A stretch of DNA of 64,000 nucleotides from Candidatus Latescibacterota bacterium (GTDB lineage: Bacteria; Latescibacterota; CBDEFO01). The notes beneath the pieces were generated by a model. It was not told the DNA's origin and did not search any database. It saw only the letters and a program-made list of their open reading frames with translations. Both the position numbers and the translations under genes were made by a program. Position 1 is the stretch's first letter. Every line of letters starts with the position of its first letter. The DNA lies in assembly GCA_965248755.1 (NCBI GenBank), contig OZ252149.1:2080001-2144000 (forward strand). The letters run 5' to 3'. Positions 20,303 through 30,841 of the stretch are shown piece after piece.

Positions 20303-21778
20303 ATGATTTTCCGCAGTCTTACTATCGCCATAGTTCCAGTCTTAGCATTTTTCTCGTGTGTTTCCGCGCAAAAAGTTAAACTCGACCTGTATGAAATGAG
20401 CCTCTGTCCCCACTGTGCAGAGGCGGAAAGGGTTATCCATCGGGTTATACAAGACCTTTCGGGATACATCAACTTTGACCTGTACTACGTGGCAGATTTA
20501 AGAGAAGACGGAACGATAGAGAGCCTCAGGGGAGAAGAGGAAGTAAACGAGGACCTTCGCCGCATAGCCATTTGGGAACTCTATGCCGAAAAATTCTGGG
20601 ACTATACACAGCTGAGAAATGTCACTGTTCCAGAGGCTCCCTGGCAGGAATCGGCTCTGAAAGTTGAGATCGCTCCTAAACAAATTGAAGCCTACATCGA
20701 AAGTGGTAAAGCCGAAGAGAGCTTGCGATCGCACATATCGAGGACCGACAGTCTCAAAATCTTCGATTCTCCGACCATCTATATAGACGGAAAACCCTAC
20801 GAAGATTCTATAGAACGGTTCGCTCTCCTCAAGGCCATCTGCGCAAGATTAGATTATGAACCGCTAGCCTGCAAATCCGTCCCCACGTGTTCCCGAGACG
20901 CGGACTGCTTAAAAGAGGGCTACATCGGGACCTGCCTAAAGCCGGGGACTTTGGAATCCAGATGCATTTACGAGAAGACCAGACCTATCCCTCTGACGAT
21001 CGTCTATCACAAAGATGCGCACTTCACCAACGAAGCCCAGATCGTCCAGTCCACAAAGGTACTCTTCCCTGGGGTACGGATCAGGAGAGTTTCCCACAAC
21101 TCCTACGAGGGCAAACTACTCATCATACAACACAACCTAAGGAAGCTTCCCGCCTACATATTCGGAGAGGGACTGCTTGAGGACAAGAACTTCCCTCAGA
21201 TCAAGAGTAGGATCTATGAGAGCCGGGGTGTTTATCTTATCTTCCCTGAAGCCGTCGGAGCGTCTGTTCTGATCGAAAGAGAAAGGACTCCCGGGCGGGC
21301 TGACATCTTCGTTTCGAGCGTCTCCTCAAGAGCGTTAGGAGTCATCAGAGATACAATGGCACACATGGAGGGCTATGAAGGACCCCAAAACGTCTACATC
21401 CACTACGTAACCCGAAAGAATAGAGATGGCGAACTTGTCGCCGGCGGCGGCAGATACGAAGTTGAAGAATCGATAAGACAGCTTGTAGTCAACAAGTTCT
21501 ATGCTGAAAAATATCCGGAATATATAAGGGCCAAGATTCGGTCCGGGGGAAGCTCGTACTGGGAGGAGACTGTAGAAGCCGTAGGCCTGGATCCTGATAC
21601 GATAAAGGCAATAGCAAGAAGCGAAACCGGGCTATCGCTCCTTAAAGAGGACGCCCGGCTATCTGAAGAACTCGGCATAACTGGCGAAATAGTCTTTCTG
21701 ATAGACAACCAGGAACTGGTCACCATCGCTGAAAAAGAACAACTCCAAACTATCTTAAACTACATTTTTCCAAGGTAA
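20303..21778 (+). CDS. Exported multi-thioredoxin-fold (GILT/DsbA-like) protein with Cys-rich linker
   Basis: Signal peptide; LDLYEMSLCPHC; SPTIYIDG; CSRDADC...C...C; second fold lacks CxxC. Confidence 0.7.
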   Translation: MIFRSLTIAIVPVLAFFSCVSAQKVKLDLYEMSLCPHCAEAERVIHRVIQDLSGYINFDLYYVADLREDGTIESLRGEEEVNEDLRRIAIWELYAEKFWDYTQLRNVTVPEAPWQESALKVEIAPKQIEAYIESGKAEESLRSHISRTDSLKIFDSPTIYIDGKPYEDSIERFALLKAICARLDYEPLACKSVPTCSRDADCLKEGYIGTCLKPGTLESRCIYEKTRPIPLTIVYHKDAHFTNEAQIVQSTKVLFPGVRIRRVSHNSYEGKLLIIQHNLRKLPAYIFGEGLLEDKNFPQIKSRIYESRGVYLIFPEAVGASVLIERERTPGRADIFVSSVSSRALGVIRDTMAHMEGYEGPQNVYIHYVTRKNRDGELVAGGGRYEVEESIRQLVVNKFYAEKYPEYIRAKIRSGGSSYWEETVEAVGLDPDTIKAIARSETGLSLLKEDARLSEELGITGEIVFLIDNQELVTIAEKEQLQTILNYIFPR

Positions 21779-21878
21779 TAGACAGCGTACAGAGCAGGTC
21801 TGCTTCCTTGCGAAAAACAACGACGGTAAATACGGATGGGAGCAGGTGCCGCTTTCTACTGACTACGAGCTTGCTTGG

Positions 21879-21923
21879 CTGTCCCCGACCCCCAATTGAA
21901 TCTAATGGGGGCTCAATCGGAGA
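21879..21923. repeat. Nested pair of short palindromic elements
   Basis: ctgtccccga[cccccaattgaatctaatggggg]ctcaatcggaga. Confidence 0.65.
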
Positions 21924-22068
21924 TCGCAGTGACGTTGCGTGGCTTATACCTTAAATCATGGAGCGCTCTTTCTTTTTGTCATTGCGAGGTGCCAAACCCT
22001 GAAGCAATCTCACCTGTCCACTGAATAGACAAGAATCTCTGTTTTACTGTCTACTGATTTTTCAAGTT

Positions 22069-23076
22069 CTATTTCACTCTTGAGATCAACTCTTGAGTAA
22101 ACTCAGTCGTGCTCAAATTTCCCCCCAGGTCGCGAGTACTTTTCCCCTCCTTCAGAAGATCCCAAAGGCAGTCCTTTACAGTATTGGCGGTCTGGACTTC
22201 ATGCAGATGCTCAATGAGCATCGTTAAAGCTAAAAAGGCTGCCGTAGGATTTGCAACGTCCTTTCCCGCTATATCAGGAGCTGTCCCTCCCACAGGATCG
22301 AACATAGCAAAACGCACGCGCCCTTTGCTGTCAAAGGCATACGACCCGCTTGCCCCAAGCCCAATTGAGCCCACAAGCCCGCACGCCATATCGGATAGAA
22401 AATCTCCGTATTCGTTGGGGACAACTATAACATCGAAGTCCTGGGGATTCAGGATAATCTCGGCTAAAAGGGCATCGAAAAGTTCAACTCTATATTCCAC
22501 ATCGGGATAGTCTTTGGCCACGTCCGCCACTACCTTTTGAAAGAGGCCATCTGTGGCTTTCTGGATAGTATACTTAGAGGACGATGTCACTGTTTTCCCT
22601 GTCTTCCGCGCCAGTTCAAAAGCATAGATCGCAGCCTTTCTGCAGGGATCCTTTTCGATGATCCTGATTGAGACGGCGCCATCTTTTCCTATCAATATTC
22701 CGGGGTCTTCGTACGTCCCTCCCGTCGCCACCCGTATAACATCCAGCTTTAGCGCCTTTTTGAAATTGCTCTGCACTCCGGGGATCGTAGCCACCGGGCG
22801 ATGGATCAGGCTGAAGTCGAACATCCGCCTCAAGACAACGTTAGGGCTTTTCTTTTGTGTTATCGTCGGATATTTTAGAGCCACTTTCGTCATTTTTATA
22901 GAGTCGTGGGCTCTGTCATATATCTTTCTGTCCTCCTGCTCTCGCCTTTCTACACTCAGATCCACAGGGAAAAACTTCAGTTCCACAGGTAAAGCGTCTG
23001 ATAACGTTTGGACTGCTCGTCTCAGTTCATCCGATATACCGTCTCCCAGGAACTCCGTAACCTGATGAGTTATCAT
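22069..23076 (-). CDS. Isocitrate/isopropylmalate dehydrogenase family protein
   Basis: GDGI, PNEYGDFLSD, GTAPDIAGKDVANP, TRDLGG. Confidence 0.9.
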   Translation of the reverse strand: MITHQVTEFLGDGISDELRRAVQTLSDALPVELKFFPVDLSVERREQEDRKIYDRAHDSIKMTKVALKYPTITQKKSPNVVLRRMFDFSLIHRPVATIPGVQSNFKKALKLDVIRVATGGTYEDPGILIGKDGAVSIRIIEKDPCRKAAIYAFELARKTGKTVTSSSKYTIQKATDGLFQKVVADVAKDYPDVEYRVELFDALLAEIILNPQDFDVIVVPNEYGDFLSDMACGLVGSIGLGASGSYAFDSKGRVRFAMFDPVGGTAPDIAGKDVANPTAAFLALTMLIEHLHEVQTANTVKDCLWDLLKEGKSTRDLGGNLSTTEFTQELISRVK

Positions 23077-23675
23077 CAGATATCCTTTACAGTATCCCTG
23101 TAGGCATCTCCAATAATCTGCCAGTCCTGGTACATCATCTTCTTTTTAGCCTTTATGGTTTCGGGATCTCCGTATAGAGCGCTGGCAGGGTTAAACGTTA
23201 GAAACGTCTTGTACTCCTTATCCTTTGTCTGGGTCACGTACCAGCCCCTCAGTTCCTCAAGCTTCCCCTGTAAATTAAGCAGATGGAGCATAGGGAGTCT
23301 TCCCATCGCCACTGCAAAAGTAGGATCCACCAATTCTATCTCTGTTATAAGCCTATCGTGACAGGCTCTTATCTCTGAAACCCTTGGCGATCTATCGTTG
23401 GGAGCCCGGCACAACACTACATTTGTGAGATATGCGTCACTCTTGGGGATTTCCACTTTAGGCGCCGCAAGGATCTTGTCCAAAAGCTCGCCAGCGGATC
23501 CGCTAAAAGGTATCCCTGTTGCCTCATCGTTCCTGACCGGTCTTTCTGCTACAAGGAGCACCTTCGAATGGGGGAAGCCCCACCCGAACACCACTTTTTT
23601 CCTGCTCTTATGCAGATCGCATAGTTCGCAATTCTTATAGTTCCTCTCAAGCTCACGAAGTGTTAGTCTATTCAT
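23076..23675 (-). CDS. Uracil-DNA glycosylase family 4 (Fe-S type)
   Basis: CELCDL..SR..VVFG, PFSGSAG, TNVVLCR, C(H). Confidence 0.88.
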   Translation of the reverse strand: MNRLTLRELERNYKNCELCDLHKSRKKVVFGWGFPHSKVLLVAERPVRNDEATGIPFSGSAGELLDKILAAPKVEIPKSDAYLTNVVLCRAPNDRSPRVSEIRACHDRLITEIELVDPTFAVAMGRLPMLHLLNLQGKLEELRGWYVTQTKDKEYKTFLTFNPASALYGDPETIKAKKKMMYQDWQIIGDAYRDTVKDI

Positions 23676-24339
23676 CACACATAAACCCAAATTGAAAATA
23701 TGTAGCGCCTGAACTCTTATAACTTAACAGCTGTTGGGGATGTCCCTCCACAGAGGAAGCACAACTCGGCTTAAAGTTCTGAGTAGCCGAGAAGTCCCAT
23801 CCTACGAAGAAATTCACTTTGAAGTTTCCCCCCCGAAGTTCCTGCTGATCACACTTGCCGGACCATAAACTGTCAGCGTCTTAAACCTTAAGTAGTAGTA
23901 AACCATGGCTCTTGGAGCACTACTGTCGCCCTCGATTGGGCGATACGCTCTGCAAAGAGGAACCCCTTTTCCGCCTCACTCGGAAACGACACGCCCTTTG
24001 CTTCAGAAGTCACCGGACGTATTTTATATATTCCCCGAAAAGAACGTGCACCCACATCTCGTACAGCCTTCGTTAAAGAACAGTACCAAGAAAGACTCTA
24101 CTTCATGCAAATTAAAGAGGACAAGCTAGAAAGTCAAGCAAAAAAGCTAACTAGACGAAACAAACAGAAAGATATATCTATCGAATAATCGTCCGGTAAA
24201 GGCACATGATATGCACTCTTGACATAGTTAGAGAGTCGAGAGTCGAGAGTCAAGATTGGGAAGTTAAAAAGTTGAGGGTCGAGGTTTTCTGTGCGTTCGT
24301 GTTGGGCGGCTATTTGTAAAGTGGTTTTGAAGTCTTTGT

Positions 24340-24920
24340 AGCTATTATGTCTTTGGGTATTGAACAGCCATTGATAGGTTTGGAGTTTTAGACAGAGGTT
24401 GGAACGGTTGATAGTCTTGATGGTGTCGTAGAATTCATATTCGATTAGGCCGTGGGCGCGTTCTACATCGGATTGGTGGGTAGTTGCTCCAGGTGGGATG
24501 CGTTTATGTTTTACTCCTTGTCGTTCGATAAGGATGGTAAAGAGGGTCTTTTTGAGGGCATCCTTCTGTATTGACGAATTGGCTGCCGTTGTCGGTTTGG
24601 ATCTTTCGTGGATAGACCTTGTGGTCTTCCAGGTGTTGGAGTAATGCTTCGGCGAAGATGCAGGAGTTGATGAGGGTCTGTTCGTCTGCCAGGCTTACAA
24701 AAAGAGCCCCTGTTTTGACGTCTCTGGCAGTATACTGGAACATAGGGAGTTGGGCACCTGTTTTGTAGTGTTGTTTCAGGTAGTTGGGGATGTCGCACAG
24801 ATGTTTGACATCGATCTGGATATGTTCATAGGGACGTAATTTCTTCTCGCACTGGTAAGCCAGCACTTTTCTTTTCCACTTTCGTTTACGTCTTTTAAAG
24901 AGATCATGCTTATCTAGTTA
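24340..24920 (-). mobile_element. IS481-like (rve/DDE) transposase remnant, frameshifted
   Basis: IQIDVKHL, QYTARD, IQTDNGSQF; in another frame IPPGATTHQSDVERAHGLIEYEFY. Confidence 0.75.
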
Positions 24921-25330
24921 GCCTAAGCAGTCGGTTTGGAAGGTATTTGACTGACTTGAACATTGTGTGTTCGGAGGAAACCTGGTAGATATGGGTATCC
25001 CAAACAAGCATAGACCTGTCGGAACTCTACAAAAAGCTATTTGATTTTCTTTGGGAAGGCATATTAAGGTTTATTGGTGCTTTGGTGTCATTTGGTAGAC
25101 TCTTGATGGATCGATCTTGTCGATAGCAGTTGAGCTACTTTCTGACGCTCTGGACCACCTTTTTCGCAGCTCGACAGGATTACGATTAAGAACAAGAACA
25201 TCGCTATAAGTGATTGCATTCTCCATGGTATCTACCCTCCTTTTTTCAGTCCTCACCTAAATATAGGCAAAATTATCCCGTGAGGGTGGATACCATGTGC
25301 CTTTACTCTTCTAAAATCACAATTTCTCAC

Positions 25331-25359
25331 TTGACTTAAACCCACAGCTATCTTATCTT
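25331..25359 (+). promoter_or_regulatory. Sigma70-like promoter of the nuo cluster
   Basis: TTGACT-17 bp-TATCTT. Confidence 0.55.
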
Positions 25360-25380
25360 TTAAACCTTAACCCTTTTCCC

Positions 25381-25470
25381 CAAAAAAGTTCTTCGACCAC
25401 TTCGCCACTTCGTGCCCCCTGCAAAAAGGGGGTCGCAGCGACGCACGCAGTGCCCACGCTACCTTTGGGG
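25381..25470 (+). repeat. ~90-bp structured element, left copy of the inverted repeat flanking the nuo cluster
   Basis: Aligns to the reverse complement of 33934-34023 (roughly 80% by eye; identical run cgacgcacgcagtgccca). Confidence 0.85.
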
Positions 25471-25523
25471 AGGACCTTCAAAGCCCAAAATTACATTCTA
25501 TAAAGTTAAGGAGCTAGAAAGCC

Positions 25524-25907
25524 ATGCTCACAGATTATGCAGGTGTACTTATCTTCCTTACGGTCGGGACACTCTTTATTTTGGTAAGTCTGACTTTAGC
25601 CAGAATCTTCCGCGCTAATGATCCGACACCTGAAAAGCTGACGCCCTACGAGTGCGGCGAGGAACCTGAGGGCGGAGCCTGGATACAGTTCAACATAAGG
25701 TTTTACATTATAGCTTTGATTTTCATAATATTCGACGTAGAGATCGTCTTCCTCTTCCCCTGGGCTGTGGTCTACAAGAGTCTGGGCTTTTTCGCCCTTG
25801 TGGAGATGATGATCTTTGTATCTATACTCCTTGTGGGGCTTGCCTATGTCTGGAAGAAAGGTGACCTTGAATGGGTCAAGCCTCAGTCGCCTTATGGAAA
25901 CAAGTAG
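25524..25907 (+). CDS. nuoA: NADH-quinone oxidoreductase subunit A
   Basis: PYECGE, FYIIALIFIIFDVE..FLFPWA. Confidence 0.95.
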   Translation: MLTDYAGVLIFLTVGTLFILVSLTLARIFRANDPTPEKLTPYECGEEPEGGAWIQFNIRFYIIALIFIIFDVEIVFLFPWAVVYKSLGFFALVEMMIFVSILLVGLAYVWKKGDLEWVKPQSPYGNK

Positions 25908-25915
25908 ACAGTAGC

Positions 25916-25936
25916 CCACGATAGATTCAATCGGGG
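25916..25936. repeat. Short palindromic element between nuoA and nuoH
   Basis: ccacgatagattcaatcgggg. Confidence 0.75.
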
Positions 25937-25989
25937 GTAGAAAGAGGCGACACTTCCTATCCCTTTACCGTTTACTAATGTAGAGAAAT

Positions 25990-27093
25990 ATGGAATCCTT
26001 TGTAGACACGGTCATCGACTTAGTATCCCCTTTATCCCAACTTTCCCGGGATTGGGTGTATCTGGGGCTTACTCTGCAGGATTGGGTATATCTGGGGCTT
26101 ACTCTGGTCGGATGCGCCTCCGTTTTGGGATTTATCTCGGTCTTTGCCCTATTTGCTATCTGGCTGGAGCGCAAGGTCTCAGCCCATATGCAGGACAGAC
26201 TCGGACCCATGAGGGTCGGGGGATGGCACGGTTGGGCGCAGACTATCGCTGACGGGATTAAACTCTTTTTGAAAGAGGACATCATCCCGGCTATGGCGGA
26301 CAGAAAGCTCTTCACCTTAGCTCCTCTTGTCGTATTTGTCGGCTCATTCGCGGTCTTTGTGGCCGTTCCCTTCGGGGATAGATTGATAGTTCGGGATCTG
26401 AACATAGGGATCTTTTATATCCTTGCGATATCCTCCCTGGTGGTTATTGGGGTTGTAATGGCAGGTTGGTCATCTAACAACAAGTGGTCGCTTTTGGGGG
26501 CTATGCGCTCTGCCGCCCAGGTAGTAAGTTACGAAATACCCGTTGCGCTTGCCCTTTTATCCGTCATAATGATAGTCGGAAGCTTGAGTATGCAGGACAT
26601 AGTCAAAGACCAGAGTGGCGGATTTTTGAACTGGTTCATCTTCAGGAACCCGTTCACTTTTTTGGCCTTCTTCATATACTTTGTGGCCTCGCTTTCTGAG
26701 GTCAACCGGACCCCTTTTGACATCCCAGAAGCCGAGTCAGAATTGGTTGCAGGATACCACACGGAATACAGCGGAATGAGATTTTCCTTCTTTTTTATAG
26801 CCGAATACGCAAACATGTTCGCCGTCAGCGCCATAGCGACCACGATCTTTTTGGGAGGATGGCAAGCGCCCTGGGGAGACCCCATAGTCGCGGATGGCGC
26901 CATCTGGTTTATAGGCAAAGCCACCTTCCTTGTCTTTGTGCAGATGTGGATTAGGTGGACACTCCCAAGACTCAGAGTAGATCAACTTATGTACATCGGA
27001 TGGAAAGTCCTTACGCCATTTTCGTTTGCCAATATAATTGGAGTAGGATTATGGATGTACATCTTCGACTTGTTTGATAAAGTGCAAGGATGA
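25990..27093 (+). CDS. nuoH: NADH-quinone oxidoreductase subunit H
   Basis: [47 protein letters not shown]. Confidence 0.96.
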   Translation: MESFVDTVIDLVSPLSQLSRDWVYLGLTLQDWVYLGLTLVGCASVLGFISVFALFAIWLERKVSAHMQDRLGPMRVGGWHGWAQTIADGIKLFLKEDIIPAMADRKLFTLAPLVVFVGSFAVFVAVPFGDRLIVRDLNIGIFYILAISSLVVIGVVMAGWSSNNKWSLLGAMRSAAQVVSYEIPVALALLSVIMIVGSLSMQDIVKDQSGGFLNWFIFRNPFTFLAFFIYFVASLSEVNRTPFDIPEAESELVAGYHTEYSGMRFSFFFIAEYANMFAVSAIATTIFLGGWQAPWGDPIVADGAIWFIGKATFLVFVQMWIRWTLPRLRVDQLMYIGWKVLTPFSFANIIGVGLWMYIFDLFDKVQG

Positions 27094-27094
27094 G

Positions 27095-27610
27095 ATGACC
27101 GCCTCAGATATAATATTCTACATCTTCGCTTTCATAACCGTCGGTTCGGGGGCCGTCGTAGTCTTTTCAAAAAGGATAGTCTATTCGGCCTTTGCCCTCC
27201 TCTTTACCTTCTTCGGAGTTGCAGGACTCTACATCTTACTTTCCGCTGACTTCCTCGCCGCCACACAGGTCATAATCTACGTAGGAGGCATACTGGTCCT
27301 CCTTTTATTCGGAGTTATGATGACCCACAGAGTATATGACGTCCAGATCAGACAGCAGAGGATCAATTTTCTACCTGGAATGTTAGTGGTAATCTTCGTC
27401 TTCGCCATGCTGCTGACAGTTATCTTCAACAAAGATTCCTGGATGCCTCCCGTCGAGAAGGAGATTACGTCTACGACGTCACAGATCGGAAACATGCTTA
27501 TGACGGACTTCCTACTCCCGTTTGAAGTAGCCTCGGTTCTTTTGTTGATCGCACTTATGGGGGCTGCACTTATAGCGCGAAGAGAAAAAGGCGAGGGAGG
27601 GAAAAGATGA
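27095..27610 (+). CDS. nuoJ: NADH-quinone oxidoreductase subunit J
   Basis: QVIIYVGGI.VL.LF.VM, LPFEVASVLLL. Confidence 0.93.
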   Translation: MTASDIIFYIFAFITVGSGAVVVFSKRIVYSAFALLFTFFGVAGLYILLSADFLAATQVIIYVGGILVLLLFGVMMTHRVYDVQIRQQRINFLPGMLVVIFVFAMLLTVIFNKDSWMPPVEKEITSTTSQIGNMLMTDFLLPFEVASVLLLIALMGAALIARREKGEGGKR

Positions 27611-27912
27611 TAACTTTGGAACACTACCTTGTAGTGAGCGCAATTCTCTTTTGCCTTGGAGCCTTCGGCGTAATAACCAGAAGGAACGCTGTAAGCATCC
27701 TTATGGGGATAGAGCTTATCTTAAACTCTGCCAATATAAATTTTGTAGCTTTTGCTCGCTATACCGCGCAGGGACTCGAAGGGCAGGTGGTGGCGATCTT
27801 CGTGATCACATTGGCCGCCGCCGAAGCCGCAGTAGCATTAGCGATTGTGCTGAACATATACAGGAGCTTCCACATTATAGATGTAGACGAGGCGGACGCC
27901 CTGAAAGAGTGA
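27607..27912 (+). CDS. nuoK: NADH-quinone oxidoreductase subunit K
   Basis: RRNA..ILMGIELILN, AAAEAAV. Confidence 0.95.
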   Translation: MITLEHYLVVSAILFCLGAFGVITRRNAVSILMGIELILNSANINFVAFARYTAQGLEGQVVAIFVITLAAAEAAVALAIVLNIYRSFHIIDVDEADALKE

Positions 27913-27946
27913 CTTGTGGCAGGTTTATGCAGACTGTATAATCACA

Positions 27947-28737
27947 GTTAGGGCGACTCGCACGCACATGCACAACGCAATATGAGGAGAAATATGCTTG
28001 ATCGAATCTCAGACGGGCGCACCGACTTGGTGTTCGATTATCTATCAGAAGGCCATGCCGCCAACTCCGTGGACAGAAATGGAGTGTCTCTAATCAAATG
28101 GTGCGCTTATTACGGCGATGTCAGTGCAATACGATTCCTGCTCGCCAACGGTGAATCACTCGAGTCGTTCGGAGAAAACCTCGACCTCAACGGCGCTGCG
28201 TTTCAAGGGCACTGGCAACTATGCCAGTTTCTCATCGAAAATGGCGCTGACGTAAATCATCCTCTGCCGGATACAGGAGAGACGCCACTGCACGCGGCCT
28301 TATGCAAAGCCAATCGCCCTGCATACAACCACGTCATCAAAATTCTACTCGCCAATGGTGCGAATCCCAATTGCGTGACAAAGGAATCCGTTGAAACGGG
28401 TTGCTTCATGCGAGATTGCAGAACGAAAGCCGAAACACCCCTCCATCGTGCCGCCGCCTTTGGCACCGAAGAGGCCATCCAACTTCTTCTGGATGCAGGC
28501 GCGACCATCGATGCCAAAGACATGAATGGAGATTCTCCGATCACCTGGGCCAGTTGGCACCTGCGCCCGGACTTCATTCTCAAGAAACTCTGTTACGGTG
28601 ACTTTTCCATTCATCCAGATAGAATAGCGCGCTCCATAAGCTACCGCGGCACCGGCTGGAGTCCCATGGAATCCTTTCTACTTGGGGAACCACATGTCTG
28701 ACACTGTTTGTCGGCCTAACAAGCGCATGAAGCTGAC
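27947..28737 (+). mobile_element. Orphan integron-type gene cassette with truncated attC
   Basis: 5' GTTAGGGCGAC (27947-27957) is 10/11 complementary to GTCGGCCTAAC (28710-28720); GCCTAAC-AAGCG-CATGAAGCTGAC resembles an attC left arm. Confidence 0.65.
27994..28701 (+). CDS. Ankyrin repeat protein
   Basis: GETPLHAA, ETPLHRAA, LLDAGA.IDAKD..GDSP; AGGAG RBS. Confidence 0.92.
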   Translation: MLDRISDGRTDLVFDYLSEGHAANSVDRNGVSLIKWCAYYGDVSAIRFLLANGESLESFGENLDLNGAAFQGHWQLCQFLIENGADVNHPLPDTGETPLHAALCKANRPAYNHVIKILLANGANPNCVTKESVETGCFMRDCRTKAETPLHRAAAFGTEEAIQLLLDAGATIDAKDMNGDSPITWASWHLRPDFILKKLCYGDFSIHPDRIARSISYRGTGWSPMESFLLGEPHV

Positions 28738-28779
28738 AGGAGATTTTGAGAGTTATATGAGAACACAGCGGGAAACACA

Positions 28780-30801
28780 ATGATAGAATTGGCCTGTATA
28801 GTACTGCTTTTACCTCTCTTGGCCTTCACCATACAGATATTTGTGGGCAAAAGACTCCCAAGAGGGGGAGACTGGCTCCCCACTGGGGCTATGTTTCTTT
28901 GTCTGGGACTCTCCGTAGTAATCTTGGCCAAAGTGTTAGCGGCGTACGATCCCGACTATAAAGAGACCTTTTCCTTTATGTGGATCGATATCGGCGACTT
29001 CAGAGTTGAAGGGGGCATCCTCTTGGACAACGTCACGGCCATTATGCTTGTGGTCGTGACTCTGGTAAGTGCTCTTGTGCACCTCTACTCTATAGGCTAC
29101 ATGCACGATGATCCACTCTACTCTCGCTTCTTCGCGTACTTGGGTCTATTCTCTTTTTCGATGTTAGGGCTTGTGCTCTCTGATAATTTTCTTTTCTTAT
29201 ACTGCTTCTGGGAGCTTGTGGGGCTTACCTCATATCTCTTGATAGGCTTCTGGTTCGAACGCCCTGCCGCCGCCTCTGCCGGAAAGAAAGCCTTTATCGT
29301 TACAAGGATAGGCGACGTGGGGATGTTCATAGGGATAATGATAATCTTCAGTCAGATCGGTAAATTCGGCTATCAGGGCGTATTCGACAGCGTGGCACAG
29401 GGAGAACTCAGCGGAACGCTTTTGACCGTTGCCGGTGTTTGCATCTTCTTCGGAGCAGTCGGGAAATCCGCGCAGTTTCCGCTCCACGTCTGGCTCCCGG
29501 ATGCGATGGAGGGTCCCACTCCCGTTAGTGCGCTTATACACGCCGCAACGATGGTCGCAGCAGGCGTCTATCTTGTGGTCAGGGTGTTTCCATTCCTCTC
29601 ACCCGATGCACTCACGTTCATCGCATATACAGGAGTCATAACAGCCTTCCTCGGCGCGACCATAGCGATAGCCCAAAACGACATAAAGCGCGTCCTTGCC
29701 TACTCCACCATAAGCCAACTTGGATATATGATGCTCGGACTCGGCGTCGGAGCATATGTAGCAGGCTTCTTTCATCTGGTAACACACGCGGCATTTAAGG
29801 CATGCCTCTTCCTCTGCTCAGGCTCTGTCATCCACGCCCTCGGCACGCAGGATATGAGAGAGATGGGCGGGCTCAAAGATAAGATGCCCATAACTTTCAA
29901 GACGATGCTCATCGCCACGTTAGCAATTTCCGGCGTCCCTTTGACATCGGGGTTTTTAAGCAAAGACGCCATCCTTGCGGGAAGTTTGGGATTCGGCTTC
30001 TTCGAGCAACCCCGGCACATGCTGTTGCCGCTATTAGGATTTATCACCGCCGGAATGACGGCATTCTATATGTTCAGACTGATATTTATGACCTTCTACG
30101 GCCAACCCAGAGACAGAGAAAAATATGAGCACGCACACGAATCTCCAAAGTCGATGACGATACCTTTGGTAGTCCTTTCGTCTTTGACTTTTTTCTTTTT
30201 CTACACATTTAACTTCAACCCCTTCTCCACATCTGGCTGGTTCTATGATATAATCCATAAGCCCGCATCGAGCGTCCACCAAGCTGTGGGAACAGTGGAT
30301 GCAGGCTATGTCCTCGCCTCATCGGAAGCCCACGACCCTGCGCACATTCCCGCCCTGATGCTCTCCCTCCTTATAGCAGCAGGGGGCATATATCTTGCTT
30401 ATTTGACCTATTACAAGGGAAGAATCTCGGCGGACGCTTGGGCTGACAGATTCAGCTTCACCTATAGACTCATATATAACAAATGGTACTTCGATGAACT
30501 TTATCACTTTATAGTCATCCGACCTACACTTGCCATCAGATCGTTTTTAGGATGGTTCGACCAGAAGGTCATCGACGGCGTCGTCAACGGAGCCGCCCGC
30601 ATCACCACGTTCATTTCATTCCTTGAGGGACGCTTCGACAATATAGTTATAGACGGACTCGTCAACCAGACTGCAGGAGCTGTAATAGGGGCAGGATCTA
30701 TCTTCAGAAAGATACAGACAGGAAGGGTACAGACATATATTATGTTCGCCCTTGTGGGAGCGATTATCATATTTTTGATACGTGTGGCTGTAGAAAAATA
30801 A
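28780..30801 (+). CDS. nuoL: NADH-quinone oxidoreductase subunit L
   Basis: GKSAQFPLHVWLPDAMEGPTPVSALIHAATMV. Confidence 0.96.
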   Translation: MIELACIVLLLPLLAFTIQIFVGKRLPRGGDWLPTGAMFLCLGLSVVILAKVLAAYDPDYKETFSFMWIDIGDFRVEGGILLDNVTAIMLVVVTLVSALVHLYSIGYMHDDPLYSRFFAYLGLFSFSMLGLVLSDNFLFLYCFWELVGLTSYLLIGFWFERPAAASAGKKAFIVTRIGDVGMFIGIMIIFSQIGKFGYQGVFDSVAQGELSGTLLTVAGVCIFFGAVGKSAQFPLHVWLPDAMEGPTPVSALIHAATMVAAGVYLVVRVFPFLSPDALTFIAYTGVITAFLGATIAIAQNDIKRVLAYSTISQLGYMMLGLGVGAYVAGFFHLVTHAAFKACLFLCSGSVIHALGTQDMREMGGLKDKMPITFKTMLIATLAISGVPLTSGFLSKDAILAGSLGFGFFEQPRHMLLPLLGFITAGMTAFYMFRLIFMTFYGQPRDREKYEHAHESPKSMTIPLVVLSSLTFFFFYTFNFNPFSTSGWFYDIIHKPASSVHQAVGTVDAGYVLASSEAHDPAHIPALMLSLLIAAGGIYLAYLTYYKGRISADAWADRFSFTYRLIYNKWYFDELYHFIVIRPTLAIRSFLGWFDQKVIDGVVNGAARITTFISFLEGRFDNIVIDGLVNQTAGAVIGAGSIFRKIQTGRVQTYIMFALVGAIIIFLIRVAVEK

Positions 30802-30841
30802 CCGCGAACTATATATCCAAACTCAGGAGGAACATTAGCTG

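Noticed and set aside
24229..24252. Heptamer repeat (gagagtc)x3
   Set aside because: Too short and with no associated gene; treated as low-complexity intergenic sequence.
27934..27947. LexA box CTGT...ACAG upstream of the ankyrin gene
   Set aside because: The spacer is 6 nt rather than 8, and that motif is proteobacterial.
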